The notes under the pieces were generated by a model. The model saw only the letters and a list, made by a program, of their open reading frames with translations. It searched no databases and had not been told where the DNA came from. Made by a program: the position numbers and the translations under genes. Positions 52,458 through 62,800 of a stretch of DNA of 64,000 nucleotides are shown in pieces. The stretch comes from Candidatus Saccharimonadales bacterium (GTDB lineage: Bacteria > Patescibacteriota > Saccharimonadia > Saccharimonadales > JAUPVS01): contig JBDSDR010000002.1 in NCBI GenBank assembly GCA_039920385.1, positions 10,561 through 74,560 of the forward strand. Reading direction: 5' to 3'. Position 1 is the stretch's first letter. Each line of letters starts with the position of its first letter.

Positions 52458-53735
52458 TTACAGATGGTTGACCAACTGCTCAAGCGTCAAACTCTCGGTT
52501 TGGCCAGTCTTTAGGTCTTTGAGCGTAAATTTCTGATCGGCCAACTCTTGCTCGCCAATAAAGACAACTTTTTGCAAACCTTTTTTGTCGGCCGCTTTAA
52601 TCTGCTTGTCAGTCTTGCGACCAGTACTATCAACCGCCAAGTTAAGCCCTTTAGCGCGCAGTTCTTTTAAAGCCGGCTGAGCTTGCTCATAAACATCGCC
52701 CACCAAAACCACGTATAAGTCAGTTTCGGAAGCTATTTCTGGCAGTAATTTATGAGTTTCGAGGAAGTTCTGGAGAGTAACGTCGCCCATACCAAAGCCA
52801 ACTGTCGGCACTGGCTCGACCCCAAACAAGGCAACCAAACCATCATAACGACCACCGCCAAACATTGACCGATTATTATCGGGGTGAGTATCGAAGACTT
52901 CAAACACAATATCGGTGTAGTAATCGAAACCGCGCATCAAAGTAATGTCAAAAACTGTGTTAGTCAGGCCCGAAGCTTGGAGAAGTTTGTGTAGCTTCTC
53001 TAGCTCTTTGAGCGAATCATGCTTTTGGAGTTCGGCTGGCAAGTCACGGACTTGTTTGGCATGCAACAGATCAATTAACGAATCATAAACCGGTTGTGAC
53101 TTAGTAATTTCTTGGATGGTTTCTTTAAAAACTTTGGCATCGGTTTTGTGCATTCGATCGATCAGCTTAGCCAAGTCGTGAGCTTGCTGCTTATCAACTT
53201 TTAGATAGTCCTTAAAAATGTCGTCCATCAATTGGCGACTATTCAACTTGATTTCGTAAGTACTGCGCGGCGCTTTAAATTCCTGCAAGATAGCGTCGGC
53301 TACCAAAATTAACTCATGCTCGGCCTCTAGCCCTTTCAGACCAAAAACATCAACATTAAGCTGCCAGTGCTCCCGTAAGCGGCCCCGTTGGGGTCGTTCG
53401 TAGCGCCATAAATTTGGGATGGAGTACCAGCGCAGTGGGTACGGCAACTCTTGACGCTTGGCGGCCACCATTCGGCTAACGGTTGGGGTCATTTCGGGCC
53501 TAATGGCAACTTTACGATCGCCCCGGTCGGTAAAGGTATAGGTTTGCTCATTAACAATCTCTTCACCGGATTTTGCAGCGTAAAGCTCGAGCGACTCGAG
53601 GATTGGCGCATCATACTCTTCGTAACCAAACCGCTCGACGACTTTGCGCATGGTATTAAACATGTATTTTTGGAGTCGCTTGTCTTCTGGATAGAAGTCG
53701 CGAGCGCCTTTATAGGGTTGGGTGGATAATGCCAT
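52458..53735 (-). CDS. hisS: histidine--tRNA ligase
   Basis: 425 aa. GARDFYPED, RYERPQRGRLREHWQ, GGGRYDGL. Confidence 0.95.
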   Translation of the reverse strand: MALSTQPYKGARDFYPEDKRLQKYMFNTMRKVVERFGYEEYDAPILESLELYAAKSGEEIVNEQTYTFTDRGDRKVAIRPEMTPTVSRMVAAKRQELPYPLRWYSIPNLWRYERPQRGRLREHWQLNVDVFGLKGLEAEHELILVADAILQEFKAPRSTYEIKLNSRQLMDDIFKDYLKVDKQQAHDLAKLIDRMHKTDAKVFKETIQEITKSQPVYDSLIDLLHAKQVRDLPAELQKHDSLKELEKLHKLLQASGLTNTVFDITLMRGFDYYTDIVFEVFDTHPDNNRSMFGGGRYDGLVALFGVEPVPTVGFGMGDVTLQNFLETHKLLPEIASETDLYVVLVGDVYEQAQPALKELRAKGLNLAVDSTGRKTDKQIKAADKKGLQKVVFIGEQELADQKFTLKDLKTGQTESLTLEQLVNHL

Positions 53736-53767
53736 AGTTAGGTTAATTGTAGCAGAAGTACTAGAGC

Positions 53768-54064
53768 TTAGGATACACCTGGCGCCAGACGACGCATCGC
53801 AACTTGATGAGTGTCGAGCCGATTATCATGATTATTAAGTCTGGACGCAGTTCTTTCCAGCAATATTGTGTGCTTATCGAGCTTGTCGTCGACTTTATCT
53901 AGCCTATTTTCAAACGCATCAAGCCGCTTATCGACCTGATCGAAGCGCGCCGCGATAAGCTGCATCGCATCATAAAACGTGGTTTCGATAAATTCGGTAA
54001 AGGCGGCTTTTATAGCTTTATTGGCGCTGTTTTCTACGTCCTGAAGAGTGAGTGCTTTCGACAT
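53768..54064 (-). CDS. hypothetical coiled-coil protein (98 aa) with (R/K)LD heptad repeats
   Basis: KRLDAFENRLDKVDDKLDKH ... SRLNNHDNRLDTH shows 7-residue periodicity. Confidence 0.5.
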   Translation of the reverse strand: MSKALTLQDVENSANKAIKAAFTEFIETTFYDAMQLIAARFDQVDKRLDAFENRLDKVDDKLDKHTILLERTASRLNNHDNRLDTHQVAMRRLAPGVS

Positions 54065-54137
54065 ACATATAGCCTAGCAAGAACGCCACAAGCAAAGCAA
54101 AAATTATGAACTCTTAATTAACTGGGTGCCCCCTCCA

Positions 54138-54166
54138 TCAAAAATCCCAGCTGGTTGGCTGGGATT
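54138..54166 (-). terminator. terminator after tRNA-Leu
   Basis: Minus strand AAUCCCAGC-CAACCA-GCUGGGAUU followed by UUUUGA. Confidence 0.65.
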
Positions 54167-54173
54167 CTTACTT

Positions 54174-54257
54174 TGGTGCGGATGAGAGGACTTGAACCTC
54201 CACGCCTTTCGGCACTAGTTCCTAAAACTAGCGTGTCTACCATTCCACCACATCCGC
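54174..54257 (-). tRNA. tRNA-Leu (anticodon UAG), class II long variable arm, CCA encoded
   Basis: GCGGAUG...CUAGU UUUAGGA ACUAG, variable arm UGCCGAAAGGCGU, T-arm GGAGG UUCAAGU CCUCU, then CAUCCGC A CCA. Confidence 0.9.
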
Positions 54258-54282
54258 GCGCTGGGTTCGTAACAGAGCTATT

Positions 54283-54816
54283 TTACTCGATATGCTGATA
54301 AAAAACCAGCTGAGCGTCGCCGTAAACCTTATTTGAGATAACTTTTAGACCGTACAGTTTGGGGTGTTCGTACTGGCTGGGCCACGACAACACGTAGGTC
54401 CCACCGGGTGCGAGATTCCGTACAATTCCCTCAATTACCGGAAATGGCAACTTGTCATACGGCGGGTCCGTAAGAAGTAAATCGAACTTTTCTTTAGAGT
54501 AACGACGTGACCAATTGTAGCTATTGGCCTTGATAAAACGGACTCTATCTTGGAGCCCTAGGGCAGTAATATTCTCGGTAATAGTTAGGGCGGCTGGCTT
54601 GTCGTCATCTAACATCATGGCACTTTTGGCACCACGGCTGATAGCTTCGAAGCTTAAAGCACCACTACCGGCAAAAGCGTCCAGCACGGTTAAACCCTTA
54701 ATATCTCCCAAAACGCCAAACATAGCACCGCGCATTTTTTCACTCATTGGATGGGTCCGATGGCCGCCTGGAGATTTAAATTGCCTTCCTCCTAGTGTAC
54801 CGGCGATTACTCTCAT
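54283..54816 (-). CDS. rsmD: 16S rRNA (guanine966-N2)-methyltransferase RsmD
   Basis: 177 aa. LDAFAGSGALSFEAISRGA, TDPPY. Confidence 0.88.
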   Translation of the reverse strand: MRVIAGTLGGRQFKSPGGHRTHPMSEKMRGAMFGVLGDIKGLTVLDAFAGSGALSFEAISRGAKSAMMLDDDKPAALTITENITALGLQDRVRFIKANSYNWSRRYSKEKFDLLLTDPPYDKLPFPVIEGIVRNLAPGGTYVLSWPSQYEHPKLYGLKVISNKVYGDAQLVFYQHIE

Positions 54817-55638
54817 CTACTGACCCTTGACAAGCTTAGCTTCGGCGGCGGCGGCATACCAAGCCAGGGTAATATTTTGAATAATAATTGGCCCTAATTT
54901 TTGGCGAATTTGTCTGGCTAATTTGGGAGTCCAGCCAGTTTTGCGATAGGTATCAAACAAACCCATTACAGCGATTTCACGAGCTGAGCGCTTAAACTGC
55001 TCGGCAATACCAATTTCAATAATCGTATCGAGATCTTGTTGTTTAGGGACGGCGTCGCCAAAGCCGACTGGCTTAACAATTGCCGCTATACCCATTTCGA
55101 ACAATCCATGCGAAGTAAATAGGCCGCGCGGCCCCCACATTTTCCAGTTGTTCTTTACCTGAGCTCGTTTAGTCTCACCAGGTATAACTAATTTACTTTT
55201 GACAGTGGTCCGGGTTTCTAGGCCTTCGCCACCGCGCAACTCAATTAACTTTTCTTCGTAAGGGTAATGATGAGCTGGCGTCAGGCCATCCACGATAGCA
55301 TGGGCCAGCCATGAAGCTTCGAAAGCACTGCGCTCTTTATTGTTGGACTTAAGCTCCTTGACCAAACTTTTATAGTGATCAGTAATTAAACCGATTAGTT
55401 TGGAGTCATCGTCGTCGAACGGGTTGTAGTAATGCCACGGTTCGTCTTTGGCCGGGCTTTTACGCTTAATACCATCTGGGCCGTTCTTCCCCTCGAATTG
55501 CAAAATTGTGCGACTACGTGGAAAAGTGTTTTTGTCGGCCAACAAGTCTTCGAGGTGGCGACGAGCGACCCGATCAAATTTTTGATGGGCGCCAAGCAAA
55601 TTACCTGAATGCTTACTAAAAGTTGTTCCGGAATACAT
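54817..55638 (-). CDS. hypothetical protein (273 aa); possible His-rich metal-dependent hydrolase
   Basis: Conserved-looking His clusters (GAHQKFDRVA, EPWHYYNP, WLAHAIVDGLTPAHHYP) are reminiscent of the phospholipase C / P1 nuclease-like fold. Unverified. Confidence 0.5.
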   Translation of the reverse strand: MYSGTTFSKHSGNLLGAHQKFDRVARRHLEDLLADKNTFPRSRTILQFEGKNGPDGIKRKSPAKDEPWHYYNPFDDDDSKLIGLITDHYKSLVKELKSNNKERSAFEASWLAHAIVDGLTPAHHYPYEEKLIELRGGEGLETRTTVKSKLVIPGETKRAQVKNNWKMWGPRGLFTSHGLFEMGIAAIVKPVGFGDAVPKQQDLDTIIEIGIAEQFKRSAREIAVMGLFDTYRKTGWTPKLARQIRQKLGPIIIQNITLAWYAAAAEAKLVKGQ

Positions 55639-57674
55639 TAGTTTAGATTTGTGACTGCGCGCAGCGCTTTAACATGTTCATATAGTTCACTATAGTTTAA
55701 CAAATTTTCCTTCTTATCGATAACGGCTTGCGCGGCCTGGCGAGCCCGGCTAATCAATTTAACATCGGTTAGTTTGGCGATCCGCAAATCAAGCTGACCA
55801 TGTTGGTAAGTTCCGTAGATCGCCCCCGGACCACGTAACTCCAGGTCCAGCTCAGCCAAGGCAAATCCATCACTGGTGCGTTCCAAAGCCCGCAAACGCT
55901 GGCTGGGGGCTTTAGCATCGCTCAACATTAAGTAACAATAGCCCTGATGATGACTTCGGCCAACTCGTCCGCGCAGTTGATGAGCCTGGGCTAAACCAAA
56001 GCGTTCGGCGGTTTCGATTAACATGACAGTGGCATTAGGTACATCAACACCAACTTCAATAACAGTGGTTGATACTAAGATATCAAACTCTTTATTAACA
56101 AATTTCTCCATAATACGCTGTTTTTCATCCGGCTTGAGTTTGCCGTGTAATAGGCCGATTTTGTAATTTTTAAAGTCCTTTTCGGATAGGTCTTTGTAAA
56201 CTTCTTCGACCGAGCGGCCCTTAACAAGCGTTGACTCGCTAATTAGTGGGCAAACTACAAACATCTGTCGACCAGCGTCGAGTTGTTCCTTAATTTTTTC
56301 GTACAGCTGGGGGCGTGAGTGCGGTGAGTATAACTCGGTTTTGATCGGCAGTCGATTGCTCGGCTTAGTGTCGATAACCGTCACTTCCATTTCGCCATAA
56401 AGTGTTAGGGCCAGGCTACGTGGGATGGGCGTAGCTGTCATATTGAGAACGTGCGGCATATGGCCGGCCTTTTTTTGCAGAGTTTTACGCTGTTCGACGC
56501 CAAACCGATGCTGTTCATCGATAATAACTAAGCCCAACTTATGCATGTCGACCTTTTCCTGGATTAAGGCATGGGTGCCGATCATAAAACGAATCGTACC
56601 GTCGGCAATTTTGGCTTGAGCCTGGCGTTTTTGATCCGGTTTCATCCCGCCGACTAGTAACCCTACCTGATTGGCGAAACCAAGTGGTTCCAGTAATCCA
56701 TAAATTGTGTCGGCATGCTGGCGCGCTAAGAGCTCAGTCGGCGCCATCAGAGCAACTTGAAAACCTTGCTCCATTGCCATTAAGGCCACCATAGTGGCTA
56801 CCACCGTCTTGCCGGAACCCACATCGCCCTCTAGAAGTCGATTCATGGGGTGCTTCTGCTGCATATCTTGATACATCTGCCATACTGCCTTGCGCTGAGC
56901 ATTGGTCAAGGTAAACGGTAGATGACTAACAAACTGTTTGGCTAAAGCTTCTTTAAACGGAACTTGCAAGGCGGTTTCTTTGAGCAAATCGTATTTATTT
57001 AGTAGGGCTGCTAGGGTAAGTTCAAATACCTCTTCGAACCCCAGACGAGCCTGGGCCGCTTCTAGATCAGCTGAACTGCCTGGAAAGTGAACGGCATGCA
57101 GGGCTTTAGCGCGGCTAGCTAACTTCTGGTCAGCAAGCACCCAGCTGGGCAAACTTTCTGGTAAGGCATTAACCATGGGGATGACATTACGAATTGCTCG
57201 ACGAATTTGGGCCGACTTAAAACCCTTAGTTTCGCGGTAAATTGGCACTATCCGGGCCGAATTAATCGGAAAATCACTTACTAGCTCCATGGAAGGATTC
57301 ATAATCGATAGCCGTTGATGACTTAGCTCGAATTGACCACTAATAAAATAATCGACGCCAGGCTTGGTCTGGTCGGCTCGGTACGGCTGGTTAAACCAAA
57401 TTAGCCGAACACTACCAGTTTGGTCGCTAGCAACAGCTTCGGTAATGTGCATGCCGCGTCTAACGTAGCGCCCTTTGATGCTTTTAATTTGCGCTCGAAT
57501 GGTGACGACTCCTGGTCGTAGAGCCTTGATGGTCTGAATTTCGGAATAATCGTCATAACGGCGTGGAAAATAATACAAAAGATCCTGCACGGTGTGAATC
57601 CCCAATTGGGCGAATTTAGCACCGGCGGCTGGGCCAACTCCTTTAATTGCCTGTAGTGGGCTGTCCAACTTCAT
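55638..57674 (-). CDS. recG: ATP-dependent DNA helicase RecG
   Basis: 678 aa. GDVGSGKTVVA, DEQHRFG, wedge domain at the N-terminus. Confidence 0.95.
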   Translation of the reverse strand: MKLDSPLQAIKGVGPAAGAKFAQLGIHTVQDLLYYFPRRYDDYSEIQTIKALRPGVVTIRAQIKSIKGRYVRRGMHITEAVASDQTGSVRLIWFNQPYRADQTKPGVDYFISGQFELSHQRLSIMNPSMELVSDFPINSARIVPIYRETKGFKSAQIRRAIRNVIPMVNALPESLPSWVLADQKLASRAKALHAVHFPGSSADLEAAQARLGFEEVFELTLAALLNKYDLLKETALQVPFKEALAKQFVSHLPFTLTNAQRKAVWQMYQDMQQKHPMNRLLEGDVGSGKTVVATMVALMAMEQGFQVALMAPTELLARQHADTIYGLLEPLGFANQVGLLVGGMKPDQKRQAQAKIADGTIRFMIGTHALIQEKVDMHKLGLVIIDEQHRFGVEQRKTLQKKAGHMPHVLNMTATPIPRSLALTLYGEMEVTVIDTKPSNRLPIKTELYSPHSRPQLYEKIKEQLDAGRQMFVVCPLISESTLVKGRSVEEVYKDLSEKDFKNYKIGLLHGKLKPDEKQRIMEKFVNKEFDILVSTTVIEVGVDVPNATVMLIETAERFGLAQAHQLRGRVGRSHHQGYCYLMLSDAKAPSQRLRALERTSDGFALAELDLELRGPGAIYGTYQHGQLDLRIAKLTDVKLISRARQAAQAVIDKKENLLNYSELYEHVKALRAVTNLN

Positions 57675-57704
57675 GATTACAGTATACGAGGTTATTTGCT
57701 ATTA

Positions 57705-58475
57705 CTAGCGAGCTTTTCGAACCAGTAAGAAGGTGCTTGGTCCAAAGTACATCTTGGCTAAGCTGGGTTGCATGACCTTTTCGAGACTCAACATGATACT
57801 TTCGGGGACAATTTTCTTGAGGGCCGGTGAACGTAAATTTGATACCGACAAAGTTTTTTCAACCTTTAAACCAGCATGCGCTAACTGCTTGATAACAGTT
57901 TTGGGGTTATGGTTCACAAAAGCAATTTCGCTGGCTTTACGGTTTTCGGCCGAACGAATGTCGACTGGCTGAGTTGGCATTTTTTGTAATTTAACTGCAT
58001 GTTTAAGACGGTTTTGAGCATGACTATAGTTGGCGATCTCTAGTAAATAGTAACCGTCGTCGCTAAGAGCCCGGGTAACTTCTTTAAAAGCAGGGTTAGG
58101 ATCTGGCAAGTGGTGCATGACACGAATCATCATAATCAGATCAACCGAGCTATCTGCAAATTTAAGATCATCAGCTTGCATAAGCTTTCGATCAATTTGT
58201 GGGTAGTCTTTTAGGAAGCCTTTAGCGATGTCGAGTTGTTGTTGCGATGGTTCGGCCAGCGTCACCTTATCAGCGAACTCACTCAAAAGCACACTCAAAC
58301 GACCATAGCCCCCACCGATGTCAACGGCTTGCTTAAAACGCTTCCCTTTAAGAAAACGCTTTATGGCAATTACTTCTGCAGAGTTTTCGTAATCACGCCC
58401 CTCCCAATAGTGGAGGTAGTTGTGTTTAGGGTCGTTATATTGATCGGCTTTTTTGGTGGTGGTGTTTTTTGTCAT
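57705..58475 (-). CDS. class I SAM-dependent methyltransferase
   Basis: 256 aa. Motif I VDIGGGYGRLS. Confidence 0.8.
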   Translation of the reverse strand: MTKNTTTKKADQYNDPKHNYLHYWEGRDYENSAEVIAIKRFLKGKRFKQAVDIGGGYGRLSVLLSEFADKVTLAEPSQQQLDIAKGFLKDYPQIDRKLMQADDLKFADSSVDLIMMIRVMHHLPDPNPAFKEVTRALSDDGYYLLEIANYSHAQNRLKHAVKLQKMPTQPVDIRSAENRKASEIAFVNHNPKTVIKQLAHAGLKVEKTLSVSNLRSPALKKIVPESIMLSLEKVMQPSLAKMYFGPSTFLLVRKAR

Positions 58476-58495
58476 ATGAGCAGTAGTATACCAGA

Positions 58496-59749
58496 CTAGA
58501 TTTCGATTAAAGCGCTATCTTTAAAACGCTTCCCTTTGCGAATCAATAACCGGCCACCATGGAAATCACTAGCTTCAAAGACTTCTCGGTTAACTTTTTG
58601 ATTGTTTATTGATATGGCATTACCGCCAATTAAACGACGAGCTTCGGTATTAGAAGTTGCCAAGCCAGTCGAGACTAGGCTGTCGACGATACTACCGGTG
58701 GGGTTTGTGTGGGCACTGGGTTGTTCTTTGCGAATAATCGCCAGGGCAGCGGCACCAGCAGTCGCAATATCTTCTTTGCCAATCAGGTAGGCAGTAACGG
58801 CTTCGGCTTGCTGCATGTCTTTTTCGCCATGAACCAACTTAGTAACCTCTTGCGCCAGTACGGTTTGAGCGGTGCGTTGTTGAGGGGCTTCTTTATGGTG
58901 ATGCATTACTTTATCAATCGCTTCTTTATCGAGTTCGGTGTAGACCTTAAGGTAATCCTCGACACCCTCATCATCTAGATTAATCCAAAACTGGTAGAAC
59001 TGAGTTGGCGAAGTTAGCTCCGGATCAAGCCAAACAGCACCTTCTTCACTCTTGCCAAATTTGACACCAGTAGATTTGTTTACAATTAGCGGCACCGTCC
59101 AAATGTGAGCGGTTTTACCGGTCTTACGACGAATCAGATCAACCCCAGCAATACAGTTACCCCATTGGTCGGCTCCACTCATCTGCATGGTTACACCGTG
59201 CTTTTCGAACAAGTGGAGAAAATCATAGCCCTGGATTAAAGAATAACTGAACTCGGCATAACTTATCCCGGCCCCATCTTCGCCTAAACGAGATTGCACA
59301 AAATCACGGGCCAACATTTGGCGCATTGGTACATGCTTACCAACTTCTCTGAGAAATTCGAGATAGTTCATGTCTTTAAACCAGTCGTAATTATCAACCA
59401 CTTTAAAGTCTTGACCAGCAAAGATAGTCTTATATTGAGAAACTAGGCCGGCTTTATTTTTTGCCACGATCTCCGGCGTTTTTAGGTCACGTTCTTGGGC
59501 CTTCCCATCAGGGTCACCAATTAGCCCAGTGGCGCCACCAACTAATAGAACCGGTTTATAGCCATGCTTAATAAAACTACGGACCATCATGGCAGCCGCT
59601 AAATTACCGATTGTCATCGAAGCGGCACTAGGGTCAACTCCCCAGTAAAAGGTACGCTTTTCGCTATCCAGCTCAGTAATATCTTCAAAGGTCGTCTGGT
59701 TTACAAAGCCGCGCCACTGCAATTCTTCAGAAAGGGTCATTTTAGTCAT
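58496..59749 (-). CDS. tyrS: tyrosine--tRNA ligase (HIGH motif replaced by TIGN)
   Basis: Close by-eye match to bacterial TyrRS (LVGGATGLIGDP, GADQWGN, KFGKS, C-terminal S4-like domain). The likely start is ATG 59749, which lies 7 nt after TATACT (59762-59757). The ORF-track GTG is at 59755. Confidence 0.93.
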   Translation of the reverse strand: MTKMTLSEELQWRGFVNQTTFEDITELDSEKRTFYWGVDPSAASMTIGNLAAAMMVRSFIKHGYKPVLLVGGATGLIGDPDGKAQERDLKTPEIVAKNKAGLVSQYKTIFAGQDFKVVDNYDWFKDMNYLEFLREVGKHVPMRQMLARDFVQSRLGEDGAGISYAEFSYSLIQGYDFLHLFEKHGVTMQMSGADQWGNCIAGVDLIRRKTGKTAHIWTVPLIVNKSTGVKFGKSEEGAVWLDPELTSPTQFYQFWINLDDEGVEDYLKVYTELDKEAIDKVMHHHKEAPQQRTAQTVLAQEVTKLVHGEKDMQQAEAVTAYLIGKEDIATAGAAALAIIRKEQPSAHTNPTGSIVDSLVSTGLATSNTEARRLIGGNAISINNQKVNREVFEASDFHGGRLLIRKGKRFKDSALIEI

Positions 59750-59852
59750 GTCCACCAGTATAACGTATTAGTTAAAACTGGGCATAACATAAGCATAATA
59801 AATTGAGCATAATTTGATATACTAGAAGCTATTGAGGAGCATTTTAAATTAC

Positions 59853-62800
59853 ATGAAGAATAAAGGTCGCAAGTCCCGTAACCCTGCCCGAGTCGGCAAA
59901 AATTATTTTGTTACTAAGAGTGGTAGCACCATTAAGCTACACCGTAGCCTGACCGAAAGATTAAAAGCCCGCAAAGATGGCAAATCTAAGCGTAAAGCCG
60001 CTTATTTGACTGGTCTGCCCAAGGGTCGAGTCAAGCGTTTCTTCGCTCGTTTTGAACCAAAACGCATGTACCGCTATTGGTTTAGCCGCGATGGCGCTAT
60101 TATGGCCCTTAAAATTGCTGGTATCGGAATGGTGGCCGGCTTCTTACTATTAGTTGGTCTGTTTGCATATTTCCGTAAAGACCTACCAAACCTTAAAGAT
60201 ATTTCTGGCAACAACCTCGGGGGTAGCATCCGTTATTACGATAGAACCGGCGAAACTTTACTATGGGAAGATTACGATGCTATTAAGCGAACCCCAGTTA
60301 AAGAAGAGCAGATTAGTCAGTACATGAAAGACGCCACCGTTTCTGTCGAAGATAAAGATTTCTTTAAGCACGGCGGTTTTGATGTCCGCGGTATTGCTCG
60401 AGCAGCCGTCAATGATGCCGTTGGTAGCGGCGGTAAACAGGGTGGTTCAACTATTACCCAGCAAGTTGTAAAACTCAACCAAAACTGGACCCAAGACCGT
60501 TCTTTGACTCGTAAAGTTAAAGAGCTAATTTTGGCTGTCGAACTAGAGCGCGAATACTCTAAAAATGAAATTCTAACTGGCTACTTAAATATCGCCCCTT
60601 ATGGAGGTGTTGAATATGGTGTCGAATCGGCTGCCCGCGATTACTTTGGGGTTAGCGCCAAAGATCTAACTCTGGCGCAAGCCGCCATGTTGGCGTCGAT
60701 CCCTAAAGCACCGGGAGCTTACTCGCCGTTTAATGACCCTCGCTTTAACCCTGGCGCAACCGCCAACTTGTTCGATGAAGAAGCTTTAGTGGGTCGTGCT
60801 CACTATATTCTCGACCAAATGGCCGATCAGGGCAAAATTACTCGTGCCCAAGCCGACGAAGCCAAAAAAGTTGATGTAGTGGCTCAGGTTAAGCAACTAC
60901 AGCCCCTTTATAACGGTATCCGTTCACCTTACTTCGTCCTAGCGGCCAAGCAAGAGCTTAACCAAAAGTATGGTGTAGCCACTACTAAACGAGGTGGCTG
61001 GAAAGTTGTTACCACTCTAGACATTAACCTGCAAAACAAGGCCGAAGAGGTTGTCGCTAACAATGCCCCCAACGCTCGACGACTTACTGGTGGCGTGGCC
61101 GACACCGCTGCGCTGGTAGCCGAAGATGTTCAGACTGGCCAAATCGTGTCCCTAGTAGGCGGTACCGACTTCACCAACCCCGAATACGGGAAGATTAACT
61201 ATGCTGCGTCGGCCCTAATCCCACCGGGTTCTAGTTTTAAGCCTTACGACTACGCCACATTTATTGATAACAACACCAATGTTGGGGCTGGTTCGGTGCT
61301 CTATGACACCCAAGGAGCCCTCCCCGGTTACCCTTGTACTGTAAAAACGCTTGGCATCAACAAGAACGGAAACTGTCTACAAGACTACGACTTTAAGTAC
61401 CCTGGACCAGTCACCTTACGCTACGCTCTAGGTGGTTCACGAAACGTGCCAGCCGTTAAGGCTATGTTATCGGCTGTGCCTAACGATACCAGCGATGGTA
61501 AAGTCGATTCAATTAATAAAGTCATCTCCACTGCTTCGGCCATGATGGCTAACCCCTACAACGATAAACCCTATCAGTGTTATCAGAACGGCGTCGATAT
61601 TAACAACGCTACCCAAGCCGATGTAACTCAGTGTTATGGAGCTTCGGCCATTGGTGATGGTGCTTTCCTGCACCTAGATGACCACGTTAATGGTCTAGCC
61701 ACTATGGCCCGACTCGGTAGTGCTATCCCTCGTACTTACATCCTTAAAATTACTGATTCAGCCGGTAAAACCGTTAACGAATGGACACAACCCAAGGGCA
61801 AACAAGTTATCAAAGCCGACTCGGCCTACATTGTTAACGATATGGCTAGTGATCCTAACGCCAGTTACTTACCAAGTAGCTATAAGTTTCAGAACCAAAA
61901 GAACGGTTGGAAATTCGCTGTTAAAACTGGTACCACCAACAATGGTTATGACGGTTTAATGACCAGCTGGTCAACCAAGTATGCCGTTGTCACTTGGGTC
62001 GGTAACCATACCCGCAACAAAGAGTTGAGGACTGCCATGGAGTACTTAACGCAACCTTTGGCTCGCGGTTGGATGGAAGCCGCCCACGCTAACCTACCAG
62101 CTAAAAACTGGGATGCGCCTGGTGGTATCAAAACCTTGCCAGCGTATGTTGTCCGTACACACATCGGTATCGGTAGCGTCGAACCAAGTCGGGCCACCGA
62201 CCTCTTCCCATCTTGGTATCAAAGTAAGACCAACACGGCCAACGCCAACAAGACTCTAGACAAGGTCTCCAGCAAAGCTGCCACTAGCTGTACCCCCGAA
62301 GCAGCCCGTGAGAATCAGAATAATGCCAACTCTAATAGCTTCTCGGTTGATATATTTGTAGCCGGTGGAACAGCCGGCGCCTCAGCCGGCGATGACGATG
62401 TTCACAAATGTAGCGACGTTAAACCAAGTATTACCGTTACGGCAGCCGGGTGTAACCTGGTAGCTACCGCTAGCCAAGGGACACACCCACTTAGTAGTGA
62501 TAAATTCCCTGGCACCGTGGCCTTCATAGTAAATGGGCAGGTTGTATCCAGTGCCAACGTTAGTGCCAACCCAAGTAGTGTTAGTTATACCGCACCTGCC
62601 GGCACCACATCAGTCACAGCTAAAGTTACTGATGGCGTACTGTACGATGCCAGTTCGACCGTTAATGTTAGCTGTAGCGCGCCAGCAGCTGGGCTAACTA
62701 GCCTAAGCCGTAGCGGCGGTACCTACAACTGGTCTGGCGGAACCGGCAATGTCACCATCTACAAAGATAGTAACGACAGTATCCTTTGCGGGCCAGTCGC

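Noticed and set aside
59750-59852. T-box riboswitch leaders upstream of tyrS (and likewise hisS and trpS)
   Set aside because: The upstream regions are far too short: 32 nt for hisS, overlap for trpS, and a leaderless-type promoter for tyrS. No specifier or T-box sequence was seen.
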